A DNA stretch of 64,000 nt from Pseudomonadota bacterium. Lineage in GTDB: Bacteria > Bdellovibrionota > FAC87 > UBA2466. Of this stretch, positions 48,488 through 58,969 are shown piece after piece; position 1 is the first letter of the stretch, and each line of letters starts with the position of its first letter. A program made the position numbers and the translations under genes. The DNA is taken from positions 723 to 64,722 of the forward strand of contig JAYUGC010000071.1 of the NCBI GenBank assembly GCA_043767805.1, read 5' to 3'. The notes beneath the pieces were generated by a model, which ran no database searches, was not told the origin of the DNA, and saw only the letters and a program-made list of their open reading frames with translations.

Positions 48488-49010
48488 AGGGACTCTTGGC
48501 TTTCACGACTTATGGCGTTTGCCTGGCTGGGTAACTTGACGATGGGTGGCTGGTCCACTTTCGTTCTCTTTAGCCTGCCCCTGAATCTGATTTACGGCGG
48601 CGTGCTACTCACGCGTTGGGCGTTTTCTCTTGGGCCAATGGACCCTTCGGTGCAGGCGCTTTGGAGCCGGGGTCTACTCCAACTCATCCTGATTGTGTCG
48701 GCGGTAATCGCGGCCGTCGGTTGGCTCCAGGTGCTTTGGGGACCGAACGTAAAGCGAGTCCGAGTTAAAGTGAAGGGCCTGCCGGCTGAGCTCAATGGAA
48801 TCACACTCGCCCAGATCAGCGATTTGCACGTTGGGCCGACGATTCGACGAAGTTATCTTCTTCATGCCCTTTGCGCACCAGTATTACCGCGGGCTCAACC
48901 GGCACAAAAGTATGTGGGTCTACGTAAACGCGGGAACCGGTTACTGGGGACCGCCGAACCGTTTTGGGATTCCTTCCGAAATTACTTTGCTCACCGTCGT
49001 CACCGATTGA
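48476..49010 (+). pseudogene. Internally deleted membrane metallophosphoesterase (YkuE/YaeI-like)
   Basis: QISDLHVG joined in a different frame to the C-terminal YVNAGTGYWGPPNRFGIPSEIT; central GD, GNH and HxH motifs missing. Confidence 0.8.
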
Positions 49011-49095
49011 CTGAGACTTCCTCGAGGAGGGCCCGCATCAACCGGGCGGCCCTTGCCATAGTGGGTTACCCCTCGATAGTCTCTGCCCAAGAAAC

Positions 49096-50265
49096 ATGCG
49101 CGCCGTAATTCGAGTCACCCTCGCCCTTATCTGCGTAGTGATGCTTCCGCTCGGCGCACTTGAAGTTGGGATGCGGTACCGGGAGGCCACCCCGGCGTAC
49201 GTCTGGGAGCCCGGAATAGGAATCCTCCTCAAGCCGAACGAAAAGCGTACGTTTCGAAGATCGCAAGCGAACGGCGGAAAAGAGATCGTCTGGACCACCA
49301 ACTCGAAAGGCCTGCGGGGGCAAGAGCTGGACGACTCCTCTGAGTTTAGAATACTGGTTTATGGCGATTCCAACATCCAGGCCAGGTTCTCCAACACGGA
49401 AGACACGTTCACTTACCTGCTGCAAAGTACTCTGCACCAAATGACGAGTCGCTCGATCGAGGTGGTCAATGCGGGAGTGGTGGGAGCCGGGCCCGATCAA
49501 AATTTGCTCCGAATGCACAAAGACTTGAAGGAGTACCATCCAAATTTGGTGTTGTTTCATCTCTTCGCCGACAACGACTACGGAGACTTGATACGCAACC
49601 GTCTCTTTAGAACCAACGCCCACGGGGAATTAGTTCGAAGTGCCTATGAGCCAACAAATGACATCTCCTTTCTTCGTGCGCACCCACTTTCAAGGCATCT
49701 CCGCCTACGTCAGTGGTTGATGTCTGAGAAGCCAAGGAAGAACATTCCGGAGTCCCTGAAAGAGTGCCAAGCCGATTATGAAACCTACCAAAGCGACGGA
49801 CGCGGACCTTTCGACCAGCTTCGGGATGATTACGATTTTGATTTGGCGCTCTTTCCAGAATTGCCGTCGAGCCGAGCCAAGGTCGAGCTCATGGGAGCCG
49901 TTCTTAAAGAAATAGCTCATACCGCGAGACAAGCAAGAGTGTCTCTCGCCCTCTCAATTCTTCCCTCAGCCAGGGACCTCACCCAAAACCACGCGTACAA
50001 CTATAGAGATTTCGAGAAGTACTCGGCTCGGTACCGAAGAGAACGCCTATCCACCACGCTGGAAAAATTGGCTCAGAGCAGCCGGATTCCAACTCTCAAC
50101 CTCTATCCGATCTTTCTAGCCAAGAATCCCGAAACACTCTACTTCGCCAAAGAGGATAATCACTGGAACGACGAGGGGCAGAAGCTCGCCGCTCTGGTCG
50201 TGGCCAAGTTTCTCCTTTCCGAGGGACTCGTCGGAGCGGGAGTGCCGCGAAGGCCAGTACCTTAA
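49096..50265 (+). CDS. SGNH/GDSL hydrolase family protein (glycan O-acyl modification type)
   Basis: N-terminal TM, TNSKGLR, YGDS, VVNAGV, ND, DNHWN.EG. Confidence 0.85.
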   Translation: MRAVIRVTLALICVVMLPLGALEVGMRYREATPAYVWEPGIGILLKPNEKRTFRRSQANGGKEIVWTTNSKGLRGQELDDSSEFRILVYGDSNIQARFSNTEDTFTYLLQSTLHQMTSRSIEVVNAGVVGAGPDQNLLRMHKDLKEYHPNLVLFHLFADNDYGDLIRNRLFRTNAHGELVRSAYEPTNDISFLRAHPLSRHLRLRQWLMSEKPRKNIPESLKECQADYETYQSDGRGPFDQLRDDYDFDLALFPELPSSRAKVELMGAVLKEIAHTARQARVSLALSILPSARDLTQNHAYNYRDFEKYSARYRRERLSTTLEKLAQSSRIPTLNLYPIFLAKNPETLYFAKEDNHWNDEGQKLAALVVAKFLLSEGLVGAGVPRRPVP

Positions 50266-50361
50266 CGCGGCAGGCAATCAGAAGGTCGCTGCTAGACCAA
50301 AAAGGCTTGTGTATTTCTTCAATCCGCCAGAAAATTTTGATCGAATCCCCCGCAACCCAGA

Positions 50362-52296
50362 GTGATAAAAGTGAATGCCTCAGTGCTCCCCTGGTCGCAT
50401 TCCAAAAGTAAACTTCCCCGTGGTCACCGGAGACAGGCGGCGCAGTTCCTTGCTCGGAAAGGATCCACCTTCCGCGTTTTAGGTGAGGCGCTTGGGCGCC
50501 ATAAGCTTTGGCTCGCCTTGATTTATCTGTCGACGCTCCTTCTGGCCGCTTGTGAGGGACTCAGCTATGGACTGATCCTCACCCTGGTCACCGCGGCGTC
50601 CGGCGCCGAGCGGCATGTCGGCCCCGGAATGCTCCACCGCTTCTACGACAGTCTTCTATCGATAATTCCTGGAATCCAAGGCGGCAACGCGTACGTCCCT
50701 CTTTGTATTTTGATAGTGGGACTACAAATTTTACGGGCAGGTATTTACTTCGGCGGATTATCGGCGACGTCCTATATTGCCGCGCGCATCGAGAACGCCA
50801 TTCGGCAGCGGGTCTACGCCGACATCCTCAATCTGCAATTCGCCGAGGTCCGGCGTTACGCCGTAGGCGATTTGTTGTTTTTTATCTCCACGGCTCCCGG
50901 ATCCATCAGGGCACTGCTGACACAGCTCAATACCCTCGCCGCCATGAGCTCCATGTGTCTGGGCTATGGCTTGACTCTGCTCTTCATCAACAAGACCTGG
51001 ACTGGCTTCGTCTTTCTGATTTTCGGTCCCATCGTCTTTTTGCAAAGAATCCTCATTCGTCTGAGTCGCCATGCCGCTCACGCCTCCATAGCCGCAATGG
51101 CGGACATGACACGCAATTCATTGGAAGTATTTCGTAACTTGCGGCTCATTCATGCCTTCGGGCAACAAGAAGAAGCCGTAAAAGCTTTTGCCCGCGTTGG
51201 CCAAGGCATCATCAAGCTCAACACCCGTCGCTGCCTACTAAACGCCAGCGTACAGCCGCTGGCTGAGCTCCTGCTCATCCTCGGCGCGGGCGTACTACTG
51301 GCGATATCGATTCCCCAAAGCACACAGGCGGGGCGCTTCCCTATCGCCAATCTCCTGGTATTCTTGGCGACCCTTCAACGTTTGAGCACCTACACGCGAC
51401 TAGCAGCGGCCACCGCCGTCGACATCACGAATCATTATGCCCCGCTGAAAAGATTGGACGGCCTTCTGGCTCATCCGCCGACCGCATTTATACGTGAGGG
51501 CGGCAAGCCCGTGCACACCTTGAGCCGTGGGATCGTCTTTGAAGACGTGTCCCTGCGCTACAGCCCCGAGCACAAATCTCCGGCGTTGAACCGAATCGAT
51601 TTCGCAATCCACAAAGGCGAGATCATCGCCTTCGTTGGCGATTCCGGCTCGGGCAAGTCGACGCTCGTAGATTTGCTCCTGGGCCTTTACTCGCCGAGCG
51701 AAGGCCGGATTACTATCGATGGCGAGGACCTGGAGACAATCGACCTCAAGTCCTGGCGGCGCCTTGTCGGCACGGTAAGCCAGGACACCGTCCTCTTTAA
51801 CGACACGGTCGAAGCGAATTTAAGATGGGGAGCTCCCGAAGTCTCCGCGAAGGAGTTGGTCGAGGCGGCAAAGCTGGCGAATGCCCACGACTTCATCACG
51901 AGCCTCCCCAAGGGATATCAAACCGAGATCGGGGACAACGGACAAAGCCTCTCCGGAGGCCAGCGCCAAAGACTGGCTTTGGCGCGTGCTTTGGCGATTA
52001 AACCGCAACTCTTGGTATTAGACGAAGCGACCAGCGCTTTGGACAGCGAATCAGAGCGTTTGATACAAAATGCCCTCGAAAATATCCGGCACCAGCTGAC
52101 GATCGTGATGGTGGCTCATCGCCTGTCGACGATAACCAGCGCCGACCGCATCGTAGTACTGCGGCACGGCCAAATCATCGAGCAGGGAACTCATCAAGAG
52201 CTCATCACGCTTTCTGGACAGTATGCGAAACATTGGTCAATCCAGTCGCACCTGCCTCCCGAGTCTGCCGCCAGGCAAGAGAGCCGGCCATCCTAG
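50362..52296 (+). CDS. ABC exporter, fused permease/ATPase (MsbA/PglK-like)
   Basis: TM domain, GDSGSGKST, LSGGQRQR, LDEATSALD, AHRLST. Confidence 0.92.
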   Translation: MIKVNASVLPWSHSKSKLPRGHRRQAAQFLARKGSTFRVLGEALGRHKLWLALIYLSTLLLAACEGLSYGLILTLVTAASGAERHVGPGMLHRFYDSLLSIIPGIQGGNAYVPLCILIVGLQILRAGIYFGGLSATSYIAARIENAIRQRVYADILNLQFAEVRRYAVGDLLFFISTAPGSIRALLTQLNTLAAMSSMCLGYGLTLLFINKTWTGFVFLIFGPIVFLQRILIRLSRHAAHASIAAMADMTRNSLEVFRNLRLIHAFGQQEEAVKAFARVGQGIIKLNTRRCLLNASVQPLAELLLILGAGVLLAISIPQSTQAGRFPIANLLVFLATLQRLSTYTRLAAATAVDITNHYAPLKRLDGLLAHPPTAFIREGGKPVHTLSRGIVFEDVSLRYSPEHKSPALNRIDFAIHKGEIIAFVGDSGSGKSTLVDLLLGLYSPSEGRITIDGEDLETIDLKSWRRLVGTVSQDTVLFNDTVEANLRWGAPEVSAKELVEAAKLANAHDFITSLPKGYQTEIGDNGQSLSGGQRQRLALARALAIKPQLLVLDEATSALDSESERLIQNALENIRHQLTIVMVAHRLSTITSADRIVVLRHGQIIEQGTHQELITLSGQYAKHWSIQSHLPPESAARQESRPS

Positions 52297-53324
52297 TGCG
52301 AAAAACTTCCGAACCGACCGTCACGGTCATGATGCCGGTTCATAACGTCGCCCCCTTTCTCAGGACTTGCCTTCGCAGCGTTCTTGCACAGACCTTTAAG
52401 GATTTCGAGATAGTTGCGATTGATGACGGCAGCACGGATGGGAGCTGGGAGATCCTGCACGCGCAGCCTCACCCGGCCCTGCGGATCGAGCGCCAGGAGA
52501 ACCAAGGGATCGCCCGGACGCGCAACACCATCCTCGAGCGCGCCCGCGGTCGCTATATCGCCGTTATGGATCCGGATGACGTAGCGTTTCCGGACCGCCT
52601 CGCGCGGCAAGTGGAGTTCCTTGAAGCAAACCCGGATTGCGCCATAGTCAGCGGCCAGGTCGTCGAAATCGATGAGATAGGCCGTATTTTATCGGCTTGC
52701 CGGACCACGCCCGCACGGCCTTCGTTCGATCGCGCGACGCTCGCGGCAAAACCGAACCAGATGCTGTGCTGGCATAGCGCAGCCATGCTGCGGGCAAGCG
52801 CCGTTCGCGCCATCGGAGGCTACGACGAGGCCTTTCGAAATTACGCCGAGGACCTGGATCTCTTCGAAAGGATCGCGGCGACGAGCCGCATCGCCAACCT
52901 GAACGCACCGATGATCTACTATCGCATCCGGCGGAGCAGCGCCATCACCCGGTACCGAGAGTTGAACTCGCTGCACCGGCAGGCGGCCCACGGCGCGGCA
53001 GCCGACTCTAGCGCCGGAGCGCGCGACAGGGCTCAGGCAGATTTGCGCCGGCGGGTCGACGAGCACGAACGGAGACTCACCGCGGCCCGCCTGGAGCGAA
53101 GTTACCAAAACCGCATCGGGTGGGCGGCCTTACGCGGAGAGCAGTGGGCCCTAGCTAGAGCCGCCTTTTTTCGCAGCGCTTCGCCCCCTCTTCTTCTGCC
53201 ATCCCTAAAAGGAATCGTGAAAGCGTGTCTCGGCACGATCGGACTGCTTGCGAAGTGGCACCCGGTCGAACGGCTCGAGGGATCGAGGGATCAGTTTCGA
53301 AGCTACCTCGAAGAGCTGGGATGA
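52296..53324 (+). CDS. Glycosyltransferase family 2
   Basis: VTVMMPVHN, IDDGSTD, MDPDD, AEDLDL; GTG overlaps the ABC gene stop. Confidence 0.9.
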   Translation: MRKTSEPTVTVMMPVHNVAPFLRTCLRSVLAQTFKDFEIVAIDDGSTDGSWEILHAQPHPALRIERQENQGIARTRNTILERARGRYIAVMDPDDVAFPDRLARQVEFLEANPDCAIVSGQVVEIDEIGRILSACRTTPARPSFDRATLAAKPNQMLCWHSAAMLRASAVRAIGGYDEAFRNYAEDLDLFERIAATSRIANLNAPMIYYRIRRSSAITRYRELNSLHRQAAHGAAADSSAGARDRAQADLRRRVDEHERRLTAARLERSYQNRIGWAALRGEQWALARAAFFRSASPPLLLPSLKGIVKACLGTIGLLAKWHPVERLEGSRDQFRSYLEELG

Positions 53325-54937
53325 AACGACGGCGATGAGGGCGAAACCGTTTCTAGATCGCACTCCTCGACCTTCAGATGGAACCCCGTGGCATTTAGGC
53401 AATGACCGGTTTTCAGATCGAAGCAGAATCGGTGCGCCAGGCAGGTGATGGTGCCGTCCGGATTGAGACGGCCGTTAGTCGCGAGGTCAGCCCCGGCGTG
53501 GGGGCAATAGCGCTGTATTTTAAATGTCCTGCCGCCAACTTCCACCACCATCATTTCCTTGTCGCCTTGGTCGGAGAGGCTCACGCACTCATAGCTTTCC
53601 AGCTGAGACAATACTTCGGAATCATAGCAACGGAGCAGGGTCTTCAAGTGAGGCACGAATCGATCGCTACTTTCATCAAAGCGCGCTCGTAACGACAAAA
53701 AAATGTCGTCCCAAGTCGCCTTTCCGGCCAGGACATCGCTAAGAAGCGAGGCTGGGACCGCGATCCGGTAGAGGGCGTCCTCGGCGGTACCGAAGTAAGT
53801 CGCCTTTTTACGAAAATCGACGACCAGGGACTTACTCTCCCGCTCGCCCTCGATCTCAAAACAGATTTTCCCCGGAATGGTGGCGCTTATGTACTCGGAC
53901 AGAAAGGGGAGCGCCGCGAAGTGATCGAGCAGATTATTCTCCTCAGGCAGCTCTCCTCGCTGGAACGACAAGACGTCGCGCCTCCTATCGGCGTAATCCT
54001 TGAGGTATCGCTCTCGATTCGTATAAGGAAGCATTCGCTCCGATCCTTCGTGCAACTCTTGTTGGCAGTTCGACCAGAGTCGCGCTTCGGTGAGCTCATC
54101 ACCCGGAAGCGCGAAGTAACACCGCCCCGCCACATCAGGCCTGTGAATCGCGTAATGCTCTAGAATGTCGAGCTGGTCTGGAAAGACCGAGAATTCCGAT
54201 TTTTCGTTGAAGGCACCCAAACCGGCGCCAAGGAACACCGGCGGACCGGCGAAGAACAGGATCCGTTCAGGATTTAGGGCGTCGATCGCCCTTAGGCAGG
54301 CCTCCCATTTGCTGCGTCTCTTTTCGACGGAAGCTCGTCGCATCTCGCTAGCGGAGTACGAATAGTTGATCGGATATTCGCTCGCCCCCGAACCTTGCAG
54401 CGCGAGAACGCGAATCTTCTTGGCGCTCGATTTGATCGCCGCCAGTTGTCGCGTGGAAAGACGGGCGTCGTTCAGGTTCACGAGCGCTTCGCCCTCCCGA
54501 CAAAAAACGATGGCAGCGTCGAAGTGCGCGGGCGACTCCTCCGGCACGAAGTACACCTGGCCACCGCCGGCCAGATCGAATGGCTCAAAGGCCGAGTGCT
54601 CACGGATTCGGTCGCGAAAGCGGGGTAGCTCTCGATCGACTTTTCGTTTAAACCACGCCGTCGCATAATTGGGAATATGCAACGACAACGTCGGATTTCT
54701 CTCTAGAGCGAGCGTTAGGGTCTGCGGATCGAAATGGTCCGCGTGATTGTGCGAGACGCAGATGTCCGTGACCGATTCCAAGGCTTGATTGAGAAACGGA
54801 TAGTTTTCAGGGAACTGGAACCAAGAAGAGAAGAACGCCCCGCTTCGGGAAAACCAGGGGTCAAAGAGGCAGGCCCGCTCACTTCCGACTTTCAAGCAAG
54901 CATGACCGAAGAAACGAATTTCCAAGCCCGCGCTCAT
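53303..54937 (-). CDS. NamH-like hydroxylase: MBL-fold domain plus C-terminal Rieske [2Fe-2S]
   Basis: GHAC, DPW, SWFQFP, SHNHADHFD, NLNDAR, AGPPVFL, FPDQ, QRYCPH...CLAH. Confidence 0.8.
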   Translation of the reverse strand: MSAGLEIRFFGHACLKVGSERACLFDPWFSRSGAFFSSWFQFPENYPFLNQALESVTDICVSHNHADHFDPQTLTLALERNPTLSLHIPNYATAWFKRKVDRELPRFRDRIREHSAFEPFDLAGGGQVYFVPEESPAHFDAAIVFCREGEALVNLNDARLSTRQLAAIKSSAKKIRVLALQGSGASEYPINYSYSASEMRRASVEKRRSKWEACLRAIDALNPERILFFAGPPVFLGAGLGAFNEKSEFSVFPDQLDILEHYAIHRPDVAGRCYFALPGDELTEARLWSNCQQELHEGSERMLPYTNRERYLKDYADRRRDVLSFQRGELPEENNLLDHFAALPFLSEYISATIPGKICFEIEGERESKSLVVDFRKKATYFGTAEDALYRIAVPASLLSDVLAGKATWDDIFLSLRARFDESSDRFVPHLKTLLRCYDSEVLSQLESYECVSLSDQGDKEMMVVEVGGRTFKIQRYCPHAGADLATNGRLNPDGTITCLAHRFCFDLKTGHCLNATGFHLKVEECDLETVSPSSPSFHPSSSR

Positions 54938-55001
54938 ATTTCCATTCACCAAGACGGATTTCAGGAAGGGTACCAGAAACCAGGGAAAACCACGAGAATG
55001 T

Positions 55002-55820
55002 CTAAGGCATTTCCAACAGGGCGCGCCATCGGGTGACTGAGAACCGGCGGGAGAGCTCGTCGAAATTTCCGACTATCTCGGGCAAGCCACGATACTCCTG
55101 CCGACGATAAGGCGAGTTCAGCCGGCTTGGGCCGAGGCCGAGATACTCCGATACCTGACCATCGATCTCCCCAGGCGATGAGACCATCGTCTCGTACTCC
55201 ACCTGAAGAGAGTCGCAATCGGCGAAAGCTTCGTTATAGCTCGCCCGCAGCGCTTCGGCCCGATCGAGATACCTCAGGCAATGGTCGATATCCACCTTGA
55301 TCACCGAGCCCGTTCTCTGTTCAGTGGATCGGCGATTCGAGTAGACGCCGGACTTACGGGCAATTTCGTGTGAGAGATACACGCGCAGAAGATTGCGGCG
55401 CCGAAGCTGGATGACTTTCACTCTCTGTTCACGCCGCAGGTAATCGAGGAACGCGAAGCGCGCGCCTCGCGGCATTCGCTCTAGATGCTCGTAAAATAAC
55501 TTGAACCCGATCGCTCCGACATCGCCCGAGAAAGCCCGGAAGAGGTATCTCCGGGCGAAATCGACCGGCCAGAGGTCGCGGCTCCACCGGGCATAAGATG
55601 ACGTTACATGGCTTCCGAGAAGGAAGATGCCGCCCGCGTGGAAGACCTCGCGAGACATGAGGACATTCGGATGGCTTTCGAGCCTCGAACAAAAAAATTC
55701 GGAGCCGCTGCGCGCGGCGGTCAGCACGATGAACGGCTGGTATCGCTCGTTCGTACCCGCGCGGAGCTCGCGCGTCCTCTCCAGCGATTGCGGCTTAGGA
55801 AAGATCTTATATAGACTCAC
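55002..55820 (-). CDS. Sulfotransferase (Stf0-like)
   Basis: PAPS loop AARSGSEF, LESHP, GFKLF, LRRRNLLRVYLS, VEYE. Confidence 0.85.
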   Translation of the reverse strand: MSLYKIFPKPQSLERTRELRAGTNERYQPFIVLTAARSGSEFFCSRLESHPNVLMSREVFHAGGIFLLGSHVTSSYARWSRDLWPVDFARRYLFRAFSGDVGAIGFKLFYEHLERMPRGARFAFLDYLRREQRVKVIQLRRRNLLRVYLSHEIARKSGVYSNRRSTEQRTGSVIKVDIDHCLRYLDRAEALRASYNEAFADCDSLQVEYETMVSSPGEIDGQVSEYLGLGPSRLNSPYRRQEYRGLPEIVGNFDELSRRFSVTRWRALLEMP

Positions 55821-55862
55821 GCCGTGCAGACTCCCAAGTAACCATGAATTCGGAATTTCATT

Positions 55863-57032
55863 TTAGTCCGCACAGGATTGAATGACCACGGCGCAAATTC
55901 GCTCGATGGCGTCGTCGGGCAACTGGGGACTCGACGGTACCGAGAGAAACGTTTGCCAAGCGCCGTCCGCGTTCGGAAACCCTGTGATCGGTTGCAAGAA
56001 ACCGGTCAACGCCGGCTGGCGGTGAAACGGCGTCCATAAGGGCCGGGCATTTACCCTGTTCTCCAACAGCCGAATCATAGCCCGTTCTCGAAGCGCCTGA
56101 GTCGCGAAGACGAGGTTCACCAGCCAGTGGTTCGGATGGCTGAGCGCCTCTTCGTAGACTGTCACCCGCGGCGCCGCTTTCGCCAGGAGCTTTTTATAGA
56201 GCTCAAATATCTGTCGCTTACGAACGAGTCGAACGGGCAGCTTATCAAGTTGCGAGCAGCCGAGAGCCGCTAATAGATTTACGAGACGAAAATTGTAGCC
56301 GACCTCATCGTGCACAAACCTTACCTCGTCCGTTCTCGCGGTCGTGCTCAGGTGCTTGACACTTCTTGCCAAGACGTCATCATCCGTCACGATCATCCCG
56401 CCGCCACCAGTCGTGAGAATTTTGTTGCCGTTAAAGCTAAAGACCGCGGCCAGACCCTCTCGGCCGAGATGAAGGCCGTCCGCCGCGCGGCTGCCGAGCG
56501 ACTCGGCCGCGTCCACGAGGAGCGGTAAAGCCTTCGCCTCGCAAAGACTTTTAAAGGAGGCCGTATCACCCGACCATCCCATTAGAGAGGCGTGCAGATA
56601 GGCGAGGAGCGGCAGCTCGGAAACCCGCGAGCGCCACACGTTCGCGCGGTCATCCCGGAAGTAGTGCTCGCTCAAGCAAGCTTGCAACTGGTCCGGTGAA
56701 ACATGCAACGATCCCGGCGCCGTATCCAGAAAGACCGGCCGGCCACCCGCGTGCACGACCGAGTTGGCCGTTGCGATAAAGGACATCGTGGGAATCAGCA
56801 CCTCGAACGGCGTAGTGACTCCCGACAGACGCGCGAGGGCATCGATCATCAAAGTGAGCGCGACCGTCCCGTTCGAGGTAGATACAGCGTGCCGCGCGCC
56901 GACGAACGCCGCAACGCCGCGCTCAAAACGATCGACGAAAGGCCCGCCAGTAGAAACCCAGCTCGAGCGCAGCGCTTCGAGAACGTAGCGCTCGTCGGCC
57001 TCGTCGAACTGCGGTTCATGCAAGGAAATCAT
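55863..57032 (-). CDS. LegC-like DegT/DnrJ PLP-dependent sugar aminotransferase
   Basis: ISLHEP, WVSTGGPFVDRFE, DAAESLGS, SFNGNKILTTGGGG, HDEVGYNFR. Confidence 0.88.
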   Translation of the reverse strand: MISLHEPQFDEADERYVLEALRSSWVSTGGPFVDRFERGVAAFVGARHAVSTSNGTVALTLMIDALARLSGVTTPFEVLIPTMSFIATANSVVHAGGRPVFLDTAPGSLHVSPDQLQACLSEHYFRDDRANVWRSRVSELPLLAYLHASLMGWSGDTASFKSLCEAKALPLLVDAAESLGSRAADGLHLGREGLAAVFSFNGNKILTTGGGGMIVTDDDVLARSVKHLSTTARTDEVRFVHDEVGYNFRLVNLLAALGCSQLDKLPVRLVRKRQIFELYKKLLAKAAPRVTVYEEALSHPNHWLVNLVFATQALRERAMIRLLENRVNARPLWTPFHRQPALTGFLQPITGFPNADGAWQTFLSVPSSPQLPDDAIERICAVVIQSCAD

Positions 57033-57075
57033 CTCAACTCAGGCTCCGACCGGATATTATGCCCCAGGCACCGCC

Positions 57076-57729
57076 ATGACGTCCACCACGGGAGACAACT
57101 TCATGCCAGCGCTTTCCTCTCCTCACTCCTTTCGCCTCATGCCATTCTCGTCGATGGACGGGATGTCGATTGACGGCTCCGTGGAAGTCGCGACCGATGG
57201 CGTTATCCTCCGGTACCGCTTGAAGGCATCGACGAAAATCCGGATCCTGGTGCCAGAGCGCGCGGCGAGTCCCACCTTCCTCGAAGGCCTCTGGAACCAA
57301 ACTTGTTTTGAATGCTTTGTGAGCCGAGGAGACGACGCTAAATACCTGGAATGGAACTTAGCGCCGAGTGGACACTGGGCGACGTTCGCTTATGCCGGCT
57401 ACCGCCAACGTCTGCCGCTCGCGGAAACCGAGTTACCTGCCTTCAAGCCGGAGATTACCGTCGAGTGTCCTGCCATGACCTCCGGAAGGACATCCCTGAC
57501 CTTGTGCGCGACGCTGCCGATGAGCGGGCTCCGAAATTTCTGGGGTGTCGACAGCGGCCCTTTTGTTTTCGGTATCAGCGCCGTCGTCGCCACCCGCCGC
57601 GCCTTACTCGGCTTGCGCCGAGGACCTCGCTCTTATTGGGCACTCGTCCACGAACGGGATATTCCCGACTTTCACGTACGGAGCTCTTTCATTCTGGAGT
57701 TGGGCGAGCGGACAAAAAATGAGTCCTAG
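57076..57729 (+). CDS. DOMON-like domain protein
   Basis: LWNQTCFECF, YLEWNLAPSGHW...GYR, SYWALVH...PDFH...SF. Confidence 0.75.
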   Translation: MTSTTGDNFMPALSSPHSFRLMPFSSMDGMSIDGSVEVATDGVILRYRLKASTKIRILVPERAASPTFLEGLWNQTCFECFVSRGDDAKYLEWNLAPSGHWATFAYAGYRQRLPLAETELPAFKPEITVECPAMTSGRTSLTLCATLPMSGLRNFWGVDSGPFVFGISAVVATRRALLGLRRGPRSYWALVHERDIPDFHVRSSFILELGERTKNES

Positions 57730-58390
57730 CGTTAGTCGCGGCAAGGCGCAGGTATTCCCTGCGGGTGTCATCTCGCAAAACGATACTGACATTGGCATCG
57801 TGAATACGCCGCTTGAGTACGGTCTCCTTCAGCATTCGCGTCCTGAGACCGATGCGCTGAGCTCTGGCCCACCAATCTAAAAATTGAGTGTAGAGGTAAG
57901 CCGTGTCAAAGAGACCGACGCGATCGAACGCCGCGCGCCGGATTAAGAGAGCGCCGGCGAGCTGACAAGGCTGCGCGCCTTCGGGGCAAAAGCGCTGCGT
58001 TTGCGCGTTATTTTCGATGTCCGGGCTGACGAACGATTCGATGTAACCGAAGCAGCCATCGAGACTCTCGTCGCTCTGCAGGGCTTCCAGCTGTAACGCT
58101 CGGCGGCCCGGGGTCCAAAGATCGTCGGCATCAAGAAACGATAAATAGGCACCCCGCGCTGCTTTCACGCCCACGTTCATGCCGAGACAGCTGCCCACGC
58201 CAGGCTCGACAAGCAGCTGGACGGAATCGCCGAAGCGCCGTACTACTTCGACGGTCCGGTCGGTCGACGCACCGTCGACAACCAAGACCTCGAATGGCTT
58301 TGGCGATTGGCTCAAAACACTCTCCAGGGCTTGAGCAATATAACGCTCACCGTTCTTGACCGGCATAACGACGGATACTTGAGAGCTCAT
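57689..58390 (-). CDS. Glycosyltransferase family 2
   Basis: VSVVMPVKN, VDGASTD, FLDADDLW, RRIHDAN. Confidence 0.9.
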   Translation of the reverse strand: MSSQVSVVMPVKNGERYIAQALESVLSQSPKPFEVLVVDGASTDRTVEVVRRFGDSVQLLVEPGVGSCLGMNVGVKAARGAYLSFLDADDLWTPGRRALQLEALQSDESLDGCFGYIESFVSPDIENNAQTQRFCPEGAQPCQLAGALLIRRAAFDRVGLFDTAYLYTQFLDWWARAQRIGLRTRMLKETVLKRRIHDANVSIVLRDDTRREYLRLAATNARTHFLSARPTPE

Positions 58391-58507
58391 GATGGATGCG
58401 TCCTTATATGCCCTTATGAGCAATGCAGGAAAGTTGTGCGACCAATCGAGACTTTTGTTATTATGCCGTCACACCCAACTGAGTTCAATATTGCTTCGAG
58501 GTTCTTT

Positions 58508-58969
58508 ATGCGTCGCACTGATGTATGGGTCATCAACAGGCCTGGCGTAATCAGCGAAGTGGTCGATGGAGAAACCATTGCGATCAACTTGCAGAACGGA
58601 ATCTATTACAGCTTCAACAAGGCGGGTTCCTACGTCTGGCAATTAATTGAGTGTGGGCGAACGCTCGATTCAATCGCCGTAGCCGTCGCCGAGGCCGCGG
58701 TGCAACCCACCGCCGGCGTCAGGGCCGAAGTGCTCCAGTTCACCGGGCAGCTCGTCGCTGAAGGGCTGATTTCAGGCGCCGACGACAGCGTCTCCAAGAC
58801 GTCGCCTCAATCACCTGTGGTCGACGCTGTGGTCGACGCTTCGCTCGTCGACTACGAGCCACCCCAGTTCCAGAAATTCGAGGACCTAAATACTCTCCTT
58901 CTCGCGGATCCGATCCACGACGTGGGTGAGATGGGCTGGCCGAACGTCAAGACGCCGCAGCCGGAATAG
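58508..58969 (+). CDS. PqqD-family (RRE-like) protein with C-terminal DPIHxV..GWP tail
   Basis: EVVDGETIAINLQNGIYYSFNKAGSYVWQLI...LVAEGLI, then YEPPQFQKFEDLNTLLLADPIHDVGEMGWP. Confidence 0.85.
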   Translation: MRRTDVWVINRPGVISEVVDGETIAINLQNGIYYSFNKAGSYVWQLIECGRTLDSIAVAVAEAAVQPTAGVRAEVLQFTGQLVAEGLISGADDSVSKTSPQSPVVDAVVDASLVDYEPPQFQKFEDLNTLLLADPIHDVGEMGWPNVKTPQPE

